DNA of 64,000 bases from an uncultured bacterium (GCA_964570935.1 CAZMZP010000050.1:891-64890); one strand, 5' to 3'. Counted from the stretch's first letter, positions 1 to 9,775 are shown. Notes: generated by a model not told the origin, from the sequence alone. Program-made: numbers and translations.

Positions 1-127
1 TCTCCAGCCCCGTTTCATAATCCGTCATCCACTGTATGCTCTCCTGGCCCTGAAGGACGCCAGGCAGCAGGCCCAGAAGGACCAGGCCGAGGACCGAAAA
101 CCATGCGACTCTCAAGTGAACCTCCGT

Positions 128-1057
128 CTATTTGCGCTCCGTCTCCAACCCGTCCAAGTATCTGACCGCGGACACGGCGGCCGTCGCTCCGTCTCCAACT
201 GCCGTGGAGATCTGTCTCAGGCTCTTCTTCCTGACGTCTCCGGCCGCGAATACGCCGGGCACCGACGTCAGCATCTCTTCGTCCGTTATGATGTAGCCCG
301 CGCCGTCCCTGTCCACCTGTCCTGCCAGGAATTCGGAATTCGGCAGAAGCCCGACGTACAGGAACACGCCTGCCACTTCCAACCTGTCCGCAGCGCCAGT
401 CTCGACGCTGCGCACTTCCACCGCTTCGACCGACTCCGTCCCTGCTATCCGCGTCACCACGGAGCCCAGCACCGGCACAATCTTCTTCTCGCCCAGAGCC
501 CGGTCCGCGAGCACCTTCACGCCCCTGAACTCGCGCCTCCTGTGCACCAGGTACACCCGGCTACACAGCCGCGCCAGGAAAACCGCCTCCTCCAGCGCCG
601 AATCCCCCCCGCCTATGACCGCCACGGCCTCGTCCCTGAAGAAGGCACCGTCACAAGTGGCGCAATACGACACTCCCTTTCCCCGCAGCTCTCTCTCTCC
701 GGCCACCCCCAGCTCGCGCGGCCTCGCCCCCGAGGCCACGATGACGGCCCCGGCGTCGAACTGGCCTCCAGCGGTCTTCACCACGACCCGCCCTCCGCCA
801 GGGGTCAGGTTCTCGGCCTCGTCCTGCACAATCTGCGTGCCGAACTGCCTGGCCTGGGCCTCCATCCTCCTCGTAAGCTCGAACCCGGACACGGGCTCCT
901 CGAACCCCGGATAGTTCTCGACTCTGGCGGTCAGTGCGGCCTGTCCGCCCGGAGCAAGACGCTCCAGACAGCCGGCTTGCCATCCCGCTCTGGATGCGTA
1001 CAACCCGGCGGTCAGGCCCGCGGGACCCGCGCCTATGATCAGCACGTCAAATCGCAT
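128..1057 (-). CDS. trxB: thioredoxin-disulfide reductase
   Basis: 309 aa; FAD/NAD(P) dinucleotide-binding motifs (DVLIIGAGPAG, AVIGGGDSA) and redox-active CATC motif; immediately downstream of a thioredoxin gene. Confidence 0.9.
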   Translation of the reverse strand: MRFDVLIIGAGPAGLTAGLYASRAGWQAGCLERLAPGGQAALTARVENYPGFEEPVSGFELTRRMEAQARQFGTQIVQDEAENLTPGGGRVVVKTAGGQFDAGAVIVASGARPRELGVAGERELRGKGVSYCATCDGAFFRDEAVAVIGGGDSALEEAVFLARLCSRVYLVHRRREFRGVKVLADRALGEKKIVPVLGSVVTRIAGTESVEAVEVRSVETGAADRLEVAGVFLYVGLLPNSEFLAGQVDRDGAGYIITDEEMLTSVPGVFAAGDVRKKSLRQISTAVGDGATAAVSAVRYLDGLETERK

Positions 1058-1120
1058 AACACCGAGAACTCTCAGGGGGAGGACATCAAGAGCCCGAAGG
1101 ACGTCGTGTCCGGCGCGCGA

Positions 1121-1464
1121 TCAGGGCTTGAGGACCAGGTCGAGTCTCTTCAGGAGCTCCGACTTCGGCACGGCCCCAATGACCTGATTCACGACGCTTC
1201 CGCCCTTGAAGATAAGCAATGAGGGAATGCTTCTTATTCCATACCTGGAGGCCAGGGACTGGCTTTCGTCAACGTTCAGCTTGCAGACCTTCACCTTGCC
1301 GGCGTAATCACGCGCTATGTCGTCCACGATGGGGGCGATCATTCGACAGGGGCGCACCACTCCGCCCAGAAGTCTACCAGCACCGGAACAGCAGATTTCA
1401 AGACCTCGCTGTCGAAGTTCGCGTCCGTCACTGGCAGTGGTTTTGCCGCTTGCGTATCACCCAT
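1121..1464 (-). pseudogene. trxA: thioredoxin interrupted by an apparent 1-nt deletion inside the CGPC active-site codons
   Basis: ATG at 1464 opens [41 protein letters not shown] (stop 1339-1341); a different frame continues from 1360 as ..[52 protein letters not shown].. to stop at 1121; adding one G in the GGGGCGC run (plus strand ~1348-1354) restores WAEWCGPCRMIAP, a canonical full-length Trx. Confidence 0.7.
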
Positions 1465-1513
1465 GTTCTCCTCCGAGTTCGTCCAACTGCTTGTCCGGCA
1501 AAAGGCAAAGTCA

Positions 1514-2569
1514 CTATTCAGAATACTGACGATACCGCACGGCTCTCCGGCCTGTCAACTCGTTTATTGCCGTGTCCAGCCCCAGCGCCGGTTCCAGCGC
1601 TCCGCTCTTGATTCCCTTCTCGGTGTCGTACAGAACAGAAATCGCCCGGCACAACCCCTCCCTGTCGAACCGCCTCCTGATGGCTTCCACGTCCCTGCTC
1701 TCGGGCCAACGGAGCTCTCCTCTGGGTCTGGAGTCCCCGCCCGTCCCCTGCCCTTCCTCCTCCGAACCCCTCAGCGCGTGTCTGAAGGCCCTGTTCAGGA
1801 ACCACAGCAGGACCGTAGCCTGGCTGCCTGCCTGCAGACACCTGGCCGCAGTCACGTGAGCCGCCGCGCCGTCGCCCGCCGCGACCACGCGCCGCAGTTC
1901 GACAGCCGAACCCAGAGAAGCCGCGCCCCCGACGGCGGCCACGTCCGCGTCGGTTATTTCCTTCCGACCGCCGGTGACGGCGGAGGCCTTCTCGATCACG
2001 TTCCAGACTTCGTACGCCGAATGTCCGTACGTTTCACTCAACTGCCGCAGCAGCCCCTCACTCATGCTCCTGCCCCGGTCCCGGAGCCAGCTCATGGCCC
2101 ACGCCCGGCAATCGCCAATGTTTCCCGACCAGAACACGAACGCTCCGACTTCAGCGCTCGCCGCCGCCATCGACCTGGCCAGCGCCTCCACTCCGCGTCT
2201 CCTGCCTTCGTCCCCCGTGCCCGCGGTCATGGCCACGAGGCAGGTGCTCTTCGACGGACGCCGCGCGTACGCCGCAAGTCCGGCCATGTCGGCCTGGCCC
2301 AGAAGCTCGACGCCTATGAGGGCCACCACTCTTCTGTCCGCGAACAGCGGAGTGCTCAGGCACGCCGCCTCCACGTCCTTCCAGGAGGTGTCCGCGCCCA
2401 GGAACGACTGGCAGTTGAACTGCCTCGCCTCCGCCGGCACGAGCGCCTCCGTGAGTCTCCTCAGGGCCTCCCGCTTCAAAAACTCGTCGTTCCCGGTGAA
2501 CACGTACACGGAGGAGAACCCGCTCCTCATGCCCTGCAAAAGATCACCATATCTGCGGTCACCCTTCAC
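1514..2569 (-). CDS. holA: DNA polymerase III delta subunit
   Basis: 351 aa; N-terminal [23 protein letters not shown] clamp-loader delta signature; conserved lptE-holA neighbourhood. Confidence 0.8.
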   Translation of the reverse strand: MKGDRRYGDLLQGMRSGFSSVYVFTGNDEFLKREALRRLTEALVPAEARQFNCQSFLGADTSWKDVEAACLSTPLFADRRVVALIGVELLGQADMAGLAAYARRPSKSTCLVAMTAGTGDEGRRRGVEALARSMAAASAEVGAFVFWSGNIGDCRAWAMSWLRDRGRSMSEGLLRQLSETYGHSAYEVWNVIEKASAVTGGRKEITDADVAAVGGAASLGSAVELRRVVAAGDGAAAHVTAARCLQAGSQATVLLWFLNRAFRHALRGSEEEGQGTGGDSRPRGELRWPESRDVEAIRRRFDREGLCRAISVLYDTEKGIKSGALEPALGLDTAINELTGRRAVRYRQYSE

Positions 2570-2579
2570 GGTCGGACCC

Positions 2580-3083
2580 TCACCACCCTTCTACCGTCCG
2601 CGTGAGGACGTCGTTCGCGAGAAAAGCTATCGCGGGCTGCCTGCCCTCCTGCTCCGTCTGCGCCTTCTGGCCGGCCATGTCCAGGGCGAAGTAGCGGGCG
2701 CTGCTCACCAGGGACTCGTCTTTCCAGATTATCCTGCCGTTCGACACGTCCTTGAATTCCACCGCCACCTTGATGGTGATCTCGTATTCCTGCGCCACCT
2801 CACCGGCTGAATACGAGAACACCCTCCGCTGGTACCCCGTCACCGTCCCGACCAGCACTGAGGTCGCGGTACGTTCCCCCACTACCCGCAGCCGGTTGTC
2901 GGCCACGAACTTCTCTATGACCGCGTTGGTGATTTCCTCCTCGATACGGTATTCGAGGGTCTCGTTCTTGAACACGGGTATGGCGATGGACTTGATGTGG
3001 CCTGGCAGTGTGGAGGAAGCCGTGTAACCGCACGAAAGCAGCAACGGAAGGAGAGACAACAGCGGAAGAACAACCAGTAACAC
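2580..3083 (-). CDS. lptE: LPS-assembly lipoprotein LptE-like
   Basis: Lipoprotein signal with lipobox LLSC|G; start taken as GTG at 3083 because the upstream ORF-track extension overlaps the regulator gene; LptE-like body; sits upstream of holA as in the conserved leuS-lptE-holA arrangement. Confidence 0.6.
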   Translation of the reverse strand: MLLVVLPLLSLLPLLLSCGYTASSTLPGHIKSIAIPVFKNETLEYRIEEEITNAVIEKFVADNRLRVVGERTATSVLVGTVTGYQRRVFSYSAGEVAQEYEITIKVAVEFKDVSNGRIIWKDESLVSSARYFALDMAGQKAQTEQEGRQPAIAFLANDVLTRTVEGW

Positions 3084-3106
3084 CCGGACGGCGGCCGCCC
3101 CGCGCT

Positions 3107-4564
3107 CTACGCCACGCGCGCGGGCTCCTCGCTTTCTCCGGGCACGTGCGCCTCGTCCCCGGTCTCCTTGAGACCGTACAGCTTCATCCTGTAGCGCAGC
3201 TTGTCCCGTTTTATCCCCAAAAGCTCGGCGGCCTTCGTTTGGTTCCATCCGCAGATTTCCGAAGCCCTGATGATGAGCGCCTTCTCTATCTCTTCCACGG
3301 CGGACTCCAAAGCGAGGCCCTCTCTCGGAATCTCGCCGCCTGAGAGCACGCTCTGGATGAGGTCGACACACGAAAGGGCGCCGGCGGTCACCCGACCCCC
3401 GGTCAGCTGAACATGTCTGGCCTCGAGCGTCTCGCCGGACTCGAGCAGTATAATTCTCTCGAACAGGTTTTTCAACTGCCTAATGTTCCCGGGCCATTCG
3501 TACTCCGTCAGCGCGCGCTCCGCGTCGGGCGACATCCGCCTGAAGTTCTTGTGGAACACCTTGTTGAAGTGGCCCATGAAATGAACCGCCAGCGGCAGTA
3601 TGTCTTCCCTGCGCTCGCGCAGCGGCGGTACGCAGATGGGCAATACTTTGAGCCGATAGTACAGGTCTTCCCTGAACGCTCCCTCTCTCACGGACTTCTC
3701 GAGGTCTCTGTTGGTGGCGGAAATGATCCTGACGCTCACGGTCAAGTCCTTCGTGCCGCCGACGCGTCTGAACGTCATCCTCTCCAGCACTTTCAGGAGC
3801 TTGACCTGCACCTGCAGGCCCATCTCGCCCACCTCGTCCAGGAAGAGCGTGCCGCCGTTTGCCACTTCGAGCAGTCCCTGCTTCTGGAATCGCGCGTCGG
3901 TGAACGCGCCCTTCTCGTGCCCGAAGAGCTCGCTCTCCAGAAGCTCCGTCGGTATCGCTGCGCAGTTTATGTCCAGAAACGGCTTGTCCCATCTGGAGCT
4001 CATCTCGTGTATGTAGTGCGCCACGAGCTCCTTACCCGTCCCGCTCTCGCCTTCTATCAGCACGCTCGTGGTGTCGCTCTTCGCCACCTGTTCCGATATT
4101 TCGTACACGCGCCTTATGCTCTGGCTTTGCCCCATGACGTATTCACGCGAAAACCTGTCCCGCGCCGTCTTCCGCCTGTGCTGGAGCTCTCTCTCCAGGG
4201 AGTGCCTCTCCATCTCCCTCTTGACGATAAGAGCGATCTGCTTCAGGTTCACCGGCTTCACGACAAAATCGCAGGCGCCCAGTCTCATCGCGTTCACGGC
4301 CGATTCTACGTCGCCGTAGGCGGTCATGATTATGACGCAGGCCGGGTTTCCCTCTTCCCGCATCCGCTCCAGGACCCTGAGTCCGGTCGTGTCGGGCAGC
4401 CTCAGGTCCATCAGCACCATGTCCGGGTTTTCTTCCATGGCCAGCCTGAACCCCTCTTCCCCCGTCTGGCCGCACGTCACGGAGTAGCCCTCTTCGGCAA
4501 GAGCCTTGCTGAGAAAGTGCCTCGTCGTTTCCTGGTCTTCAACTATCAGAACCGTTTCAGCCAC
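3107..4564 (-). CDS. sigma-54-dependent response regulator (NtrC family enhancer-binding protein)
   Basis: 485 aa; receiver domain (LIVEDQ..., MDLRLPD), AAA+ sigma-54 interaction domain (GESGTGKE, ESELFGHEKGAFTDA GAFTGA-type motif), C-terminal Fis-type HTH. Confidence 0.9.
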   Translation of the reverse strand: MAETVLIVEDQETTRHFLSKALAEEGYSVTCGQTGEEGFRLAMEENPDMVLMDLRLPDTTGLRVLERMREEGNPACVIIMTAYGDVESAVNAMRLGACDFVVKPVNLKQIALIVKREMERHSLERELQHRRKTARDRFSREYVMGQSQSIRRVYEISEQVAKSDTTSVLIEGESGTGKELVAHYIHEMSSRWDKPFLDINCAAIPTELLESELFGHEKGAFTDARFQKQGLLEVANGGTLFLDEVGEMGLQVQVKLLKVLERMTFRRVGGTKDLTVSVRIISATNRDLEKSVREGAFREDLYYRLKVLPICVPPLRERREDILPLAVHFMGHFNKVFHKNFRRMSPDAERALTEYEWPGNIRQLKNLFERIILLESGETLEARHVQLTGGRVTAGALSCVDLIQSVLSGGEIPREGLALESAVEEIEKALIIRASEICGWNQTKAAELLGIKRDKLRYRMKLYGLKETGDEAHVPGESEEPARVA

Positions 4565-6518
4565 GTTTCCTGACCCCCTCGTTTCGTCCGGTCGAGCTCG
4601 TGTTCCCTTCTGCGGCAGCCGGCAGCCTCACGGTGAAGGCGGCTCCCTTTCCCGGCTCGCTCGTTACCGACAGTTCGCCTCCGTGAGCCCGCACTATCTC
4701 GTGAGTGATGTACAGACCCAACCCGGTACCGCCCGGCTTCGTCGTGAAGAAGGGCTCGAAGATCCTGTCCAGGTTCTCGGGCTGAATCCCGGGGCCGGAA
4801 TCGCCCACCGTGATTTCCACTCCGCCGCAGGACTCCGGCTCGGCTTCCTCTACGCTCGCCATGTCGATCTTGATCTCGCCGCCCTGCGGCGTCGCTTCCA
4901 CCGCGTTCCTTATCAGATTGATGAACACCTGCTGCATCTGGTCCGCGTCCATCTGCACGGGTTGCGGCTTACCGGTCACCGACATGTCCAGACTCAGTGC
5001 CTTGTCCGACGCCGAGGTCCCCAGCGACCTGAGCGCCCTCTCCACCACGTCTTCAACGCAGGCCTCGGCCAGAACGAGCTCTTGCGGATGAGTGACGCTG
5101 AGAAGGTCCTGTATGATCCGCTCGAGCCGCGCGACCTCCCTCAGCAGGAATTTCACGTTGTCCGCTTCGGGCCCGGTGTCCCCGAACTGCCTGCTCATGT
5201 ACTGAATTCCCGCGGCTATGCCGGAGAGCGGGTTTCTCACCTCGTGCGCCACGCTGGCAGCGAACCTGCCCAGCGCGGCCAGCCGGTCCAGCTGCCGCAC
5301 CTTCTCTTCCAGCTTCCTGGCCGGCCTGAGGTCCGTGAACGTCACGATCACGCCCCGGACGTTGTCCCTTTCGTCCCTGAGGAGGCGTGATGTCATCCTG
5401 ACGGGCACCGTGCCCTTCGACCGCTTGCTGACCACCGTGTCCACCGCGGTCTGTTCCTCCCCGTGGAGCAGTGCTCTCGTCACTGGCGATTGCTCCTCCG
5501 TCTCGGGAGGGATGAGAAAACCGCTCTTGGCGCCGGCCACTTCCTCGGCGCTGAAGCCCGTCACCGCCTCGGCGGCCTCATTGAAGGCCTGCAGCCGGCC
5601 GCAGAGGTCGAAGGCCACGAGACACTCCCCCATCGAGTCCAGTAGTCTCTGCCTGAACTCCTCACCCACCCGGAGAGCTCCGTACAGCCGGTTGCTCTCC
5701 AGCACTCCGGACACGTTGAATCCAACGGACTCGAGCATGGAGAGGTCTCCGGGCGACATCTCGTCCGCGCCCTTCCGCGCCGCCGTCACCATCCCCAGCA
5801 GGGGGAACACGTCGCACTTTACGCAGGATTCCCTTCTCCTGGACGGGTCGAATCCCTTCTCGTGGAAGCACAGCGTCGAGGAAGCCTCCCAGCAGAACCC
5901 CGGCCTTTCCAGGTACGCTCCGCACTCCTGTTTTATGCATTTCTTGGCTTCACGGCACGAGAGCCACTGTCGAGACGACACGAGCGGCACCACGGCCATC
6001 GCGTGGCCGGGGCCGGAAACATCTATCTCGAGCCGACGGCCGACTTCTTCCGACGGCATCACGGAAGTCTGCATGTGCCACAGTGACTCCCCGAGCTTGC
6101 CCTCGAGGTCGGACGGCCGCACCACGACTTCAGAGGTCCGGACCTCGTCCTCCCCGTAGACCGTGTGCCGTCCCTGCATAAGCCCCGTTTCCCTGTTCAT
6201 CAGCCAGAGCCCCACGTCGTCCATTCCGAGAACTCTGTGCATGTAAGAGGAGACGGTCTGAAGGGCCTCTTCCGGCTTCACGTTCGACAGCATGCTCTCT
6301 GCTATCTCGCGGACGACCGAAAGCTTGGTGTCGGTCTCTATCAGCCGGCGATGGGTGGTCTCCAGGGCGTCTATCAAATCCTGGCAGACCCTGCTGAGAG
6401 TTGTCTCGTCGTCCAGGGAGCTGTAGTCGGACGGGTTGAGAGTCGTGAAGGATCGGAGGTCCTCCACTCTCTTGAGGAGAGGACGGTTGTCTCTGCGGAT
6501 TTCCTGACGCTTCGGCAC
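4557..6518 (-). CDS. cytoplasmic sensor histidine kinase (GAF - Cys-rich insert - PAS - HisKA - HATPase)
   Basis: 653 aa; H-box HEVRNPLSGI, G2 box GTGLGLYITHEIV; no transmembrane segment; 8-nt overlap with the downstream NtrC-type regulator gene suggests a cognate pair. Confidence 0.9.
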   Translation of the reverse strand: MPKRQEIRRDNRPLLKRVEDLRSFTTLNPSDYSSLDDETTLSRVCQDLIDALETTHRRLIETDTKLSVVREIAESMLSNVKPEEALQTVSSYMHRVLGMDDVGLWLMNRETGLMQGRHTVYGEDEVRTSEVVVRPSDLEGKLGESLWHMQTSVMPSEEVGRRLEIDVSGPGHAMAVVPLVSSRQWLSCREAKKCIKQECGAYLERPGFCWEASSTLCFHEKGFDPSRRRESCVKCDVFPLLGMVTAARKGADEMSPGDLSMLESVGFNVSGVLESNRLYGALRVGEEFRQRLLDSMGECLVAFDLCGRLQAFNEAAEAVTGFSAEEVAGAKSGFLIPPETEEQSPVTRALLHGEEQTAVDTVVSKRSKGTVPVRMTSRLLRDERDNVRGVIVTFTDLRPARKLEEKVRQLDRLAALGRFAASVAHEVRNPLSGIAAGIQYMSRQFGDTGPEADNVKFLLREVARLERIIQDLLSVTHPQELVLAEACVEDVVERALRSLGTSASDKALSLDMSVTGKPQPVQMDADQMQQVFINLIRNAVEATPQGGEIKIDMASVEEAEPESCGGVEITVGDSGPGIQPENLDRIFEPFFTTKPGGTGLGLYITHEIVRAHGGELSVTSEPGKGAAFTVRLPAAAEGNTSSTGRNEGVRKRG

Positions 6519-6561
6519 CTGAATACCCTGCGTTTTTGGGGTACGGAGAGAGCGACTCGGG

Positions 6562-7326
6562 CTACGCCCCAGTCATTTTCTTCGCGAGCACGACGAGGGT
6601 CTTGAGCAGGATCTTGAGGTCCGAGACTACTCTCAGGTTGCGCAGGTAGCGGAGGTCCAAGTCCAGTTTCCTGTGGATTTCCTCCTCCGTAATGTCGTCC
6701 AGTGCAGATACCTGCGCCAGTCCCGTGATCCCAGGTCGCACCCTGAGCCTCGCAGTGTACTCAGGTAACTTATCGGCAAATTTCTTGACAAAATGAGGTC
6801 TTTCGGGCCGCGGCCCCACCAGACTCATCTCGCCCTTGAACACGTTCCAGAGCTGCGGCAGTTCGTCCACGCGCAGCAATCTCAGGATGCCTCCCACACG
6901 GGTGACTCGCGGGTCGTGCGGCGACGCCCACGTGGGGCCCGTCAGGTCCTCGGCGTTCCGAAGCATGGTCCGGAACTTATGTATCCGGAAGAGTCTGCCG
7001 GGGCTCAGGATGTTTCGCCTCTCGCCCTTCCGCAAGTCGACTCGGACGTCCAACGGCTCACGCCTTCGCGTTCCCCAGCGCCTCTCCTGCCCTATCCTGA
7101 TCTGGGTGTAGAACACCGGCCCGGGCGAATCGATCTTGATTAGCAGCGCGACCAGCAGAAGGAAAGGCAGCAGAAGCGCCAGCCCCACGCCGGAAATGAG
7201 GACGTCCAGCCCGCGTTTCAGGAAAACGGTGTTGACCGGGATCTCGACACGCGGGAACTCCCTCAGCTCCAGGCGGGGTTTGCGAGTCTCGGCCCGCTCC
7301 CCCGTTGTCAGCTCTCTGTGTTCCAC
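6562..7326 (-). CDS. small monotopic phosphoglycosyl (sugar) transferase, PglC/WbaP C-terminal-domain type
   Basis: 254 aa; one N-terminal TM helix; bacterial sugar transferase motifs KFRTM, SLVGPRPE, RPGITGLAQV. Confidence 0.85.
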   Translation of the reverse strand: MEHRELTTGERAETRKPRLELREFPRVEIPVNTVFLKRGLDVLISGVGLALLLPFLLLVALLIKIDSPGPVFYTQIRIGQERRWGTRRREPLDVRVDLRKGERRNILSPGRLFRIHKFRTMLRNAEDLTGPTWASPHDPRVTRVGGILRLLRVDELPQLWNVFKGEMSLVGPRPERPHFVKKFADKLPEYTARLRVRPGITGLAQVSALDDITEEEIHRKLDLDLRYLRNLRVVSDLKILLKTLVVLAKKMTGA

Positions 7327-7475
7327 TCTTCCGCCCTTCGCACGTTGTCAGCCCCAAAAAAGCTCCGCTCGTTCTGCAACCGGGGATGCGCTCGGAGATT
7401 CGCGCCCGGCAGCCGACACGAGCGGCATCGCAGGACATTCTGCTTTATGAAACGGTCAGCACACCCCTGCCGGCC

Positions 7476-8330
7476 CTATCTGACCCTGACGAAAAACAGG
7501 AACACAATCGCGGCCAGGAAGACGGCGAAGACTATCATCGTCAGGTGCCTGCCGTACTGCTGCACGAGCGGCCGCAACGCCGTCGGAATACTGCTAGGCC
7601 GCTCCACTGCCTTGGTACGGATGAACTTCTTCTTGGGTTGCGCCCCCGCAGGGTCCTGCTGCGGACCCTGCGACGCGGGAACAGTCTCCACCACGAGTCC
7701 CGTCATGCTCGAGTCCGGCGCGCTGCTTCTGGCCGACGCCGGGCCGGTAGTACCCTCGCCCAAAACGAGTCCCAGTCCCTGCTGGGCCGTCTCCCTGGCC
7801 TGCTCCACGGTTATACCCAGCAGGCCGGCGATCAGCACCCCGACCGCAATCACTATCACGAGGCCGATCAGGAAGCGAAGCAGACTCCCGCCGACGCTCG
7901 CGCGCGGCGTGACCATCTGCCCCTCTCCGGTCCGCTCCCCCCGGATAAGGAACCCGTATCGTCTGTCCTTGAGCGCGCCCTCCAGTTTGTTCAGGAATAT
8001 GAAGATCCTGTGCCACTGCGCGATTATCTCTTCGATCTCTTCCCTCGAAAACGGCTCCGGCGTGGCCAACGTGGTGAACGAGTTCAACATCTCGGTTATG
8101 TCACGCACGGCGGCAAGCGCCTCCGGGTCTATGCTCCTGCCTCGCTCGATGACAGTAAGCACCGGCAGGAGGTGCGCGATCTTGGCCTTCAACGCCAGGA
8201 ACTGCTCCTCCTGGGCGCTCTGTACACCTTCTTTACCCAGGCTGGTCTTCAGAAACTCCCCGAACACCACCCAGGTCTCGATGAGCTTTCTCAGTCTCCG
8301 CCTGCCGTTCATTCCGTTAGCCACGTCCAC
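7476..8330 (-). CDS. hypothetical membrane protein (N-terminal soluble domain, TM helix, Gly/Pro/Ser/Gln-rich linker, C-terminal TM helix)
   Basis: 284 aa ORF with protein-like composition, unlike the overlapping plus-strand ORFs; co-directional and directly downstream of tadC. Confidence 0.5.
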   Translation of the reverse strand: MDVANGMNGRRRLRKLIETWVVFGEFLKTSLGKEGVQSAQEEQFLALKAKIAHLLPVLTVIERGRSIDPEALAAVRDITEMLNSFTTLATPEPFSREEIEEIIAQWHRIFIFLNKLEGALKDRRYGFLIRGERTGEGQMVTPRASVGGSLLRFLIGLVIVIAVGVLIAGLLGITVEQARETAQQGLGLVLGEGTTGPASARSSAPDSSMTGLVVETVPASQGPQQDPAGAQPKKKFIRTKAVERPSSIPTALRPLVQQYGRHLTMIVFAVFLAAIVFLFFVRVR

Positions 8331-8412
8331 ACGGCCTCCTTCACAGCGATCTTGCCCGGCTCGGCCGGGCTGGATGCTGCCCGGCCAGGTACCAAAACGT
8401 GTATCGGTCGGC

Positions 8413-8769
8413 CTACCAGTATATCTTGACCATCAGGACATTCTTCTTGGGGACCACCACCTGATCCTCCACCTTCTGCCCCGTCCGCTTGGTCCCGTAG
8501 CCCTGCGAAAGGGCTATTTCGTAGTCAGATATCTTCACCAGTCTGCCGCAGTACTTGGGGCCGCTCCATGTGTAGACCTCGATGTACGAGGTGGAGGCGG
8601 CGTTGCTTCCCCACGGTTTCAGGAAAAACACTTCTTTCCAGACGTAGACCTCCGGCTCGACGTCCGCCGCAAGGACGTACGGTCTGTACACTCCGGCGGC
8701 CAGAGCCGGTACCGCGACGCACAGAAGCATGGAGACCATCAGACCCATCATCAGAACGCGTGTCTTCAT
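8413..8769 (-). CDS. hypothetical small secreted protein
   Basis: 118 aa; cleavable signal peptide (MKTRVLMMGLMVSMLLCVAVPALAAG); beta-rich mature part; 40 nt downstream of tadC. Confidence 0.5.
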   Translation of the reverse strand: MKTRVLMMGLMVSMLLCVAVPALAAGVYRPYVLAADVEPEVYVWKEVFFLKPWGSNAASTSYIEVYTWSGPKYCGRLVKISDYEIALSQGYGTKRTGQKVEDQVVVPKKNVLMVKIYW

Positions 8770-8809
8770 CGAAAATCCCTCCTACCGAACTCGAGATGCG
8801 TCCATACGC

Positions 8810-9772
8810 CTAGGCTTTTACGGTAAGGCCGGCCAGGGTCCTCACTATGGTCACTACCGCCGGCCCGAGGATGACAACAAACAACGACGGAAATATGCAC
8901 AGCACCAGTGGGAACACCAGCTTCACCGGCGTTTTCGCCGCCGCCTCCTCCGCCCTCTGTCTTCTTCTCGTCCGCACCGTGTCGGCGTGCGTGCGCAGGG
9001 CCTGTGCCACGCTGGTGCCCAGCTTGTCGGTCTGCACGAGCATCGCCACCAGGGAGCTCAGTTCCTCCGCTCCCGTCCTTGTCGTCAGGTCCCGGAGCGC
9101 CTGCGCCCTGGGCTTACCCGCCTTGACCTCCTGCGTCACCTGCGCGAATTCACTGCTGAGAACGCTGCTCGTCAGCTTCATCTCGCTGGACACCCTGGCA
9201 ACGGCGGCGTCCAACCCCAGGCCCGCCTCCACGCACACGACCATTAGGTCCAGCGCGTCGGGCAGATGCCGGGTGATCTCCGCCTGCCGGCGCGAGGCCG
9301 CGTGCCGCAGCCAGTAGTCCGGCAGCAGGTATCCCCCGACGCCCACCAGGAGGCCCAGCAGCAGGATCAGGCCCGGTGAATGTCCGAGCCACGCGCCCAC
9401 CGGGATGTACAGCGCGAAAAGTATCATCGCCAGGAATATCTTGGCGCCCCGGTAGACCCTCAGGGCGTTGCTCTTGCGGTACCCGGCGTACGTAAGCAGC
9501 CTCTGTATCCTCGGCTCCGCTTTCTGTGCCTTTCCCGGCGCGAACCCTCCGACGAACTCCTTCACGGAGTCCGCGGCCGTGGACGACGCCTTCCTGGCCT
9601 TACCCAGCCACCTGCCGCGACGCCCCCCGGCCACCGGGACGACGTCGGTCAGACGGTCTATTCTCCTCTGCAGAGGGTCGGGTGCCCTGAACGCGAAGTG
9701 CAGCAGCAGGGCCGCGCACAAGCTCAGACTCAAGAAAACTAGCGCCATGATCACGGGCAAAGGTAGAAGCAT
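8810..9772 (-). CDS. tadC: Flp pilus assembly inner-membrane protein TadC (type II secretion system F family)
   Basis: 320 aa polytopic GspF-like protein; follows tadB with a 3-nt gap. Confidence 0.8.
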   Translation of the reverse strand: MLLPLPVIMALVFLSLSLCAALLLHFAFRAPDPLQRRIDRLTDVVPVAGGRRGRWLGKARKASSTAADSVKEFVGGFAPGKAQKAEPRIQRLLTYAGYRKSNALRVYRGAKIFLAMILFALYIPVGAWLGHSPGLILLLGLLVGVGGYLLPDYWLRHAASRRQAEITRHLPDALDLMVVCVEAGLGLDAAVARVSSEMKLTSSVLSSEFAQVTQEVKAGKPRAQALRDLTTRTGAEELSSLVAMLVQTDKLGTSVAQALRTHADTVRTRRRQRAEEAAAKTPVKLVFPLVLCIFPSLFVVILGPAVVTIVRTLAGLTVKA

Positions 9773-9775
9773 GTC

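Noticed and set aside
1463-2605. 380-aa plus-strand ORF antisense to holA
   Set aside because: Arg/Pro/Ser-rich low-complexity translation typical of the antisense frame in high-GC DNA; the opposite strand encodes a well-supported holA.
7327-7475. Terminator or promoter between the 284-aa membrane protein and the sugar transferase (T6 run on the minus strand at about 7355-7360)
   Set aside because: No convincing stem precedes the T-run and no sigma-54 or sigma-70 match was found.
7305-8826. Plus-strand ORFs of 374 and 502 aa
   Set aside because: Ser/Pro/Arg/Cys-rich composition; the minus-strand ORFs 7476-8330 and 8413-8769 have protein-like composition, and the latter has a clear signal peptide.
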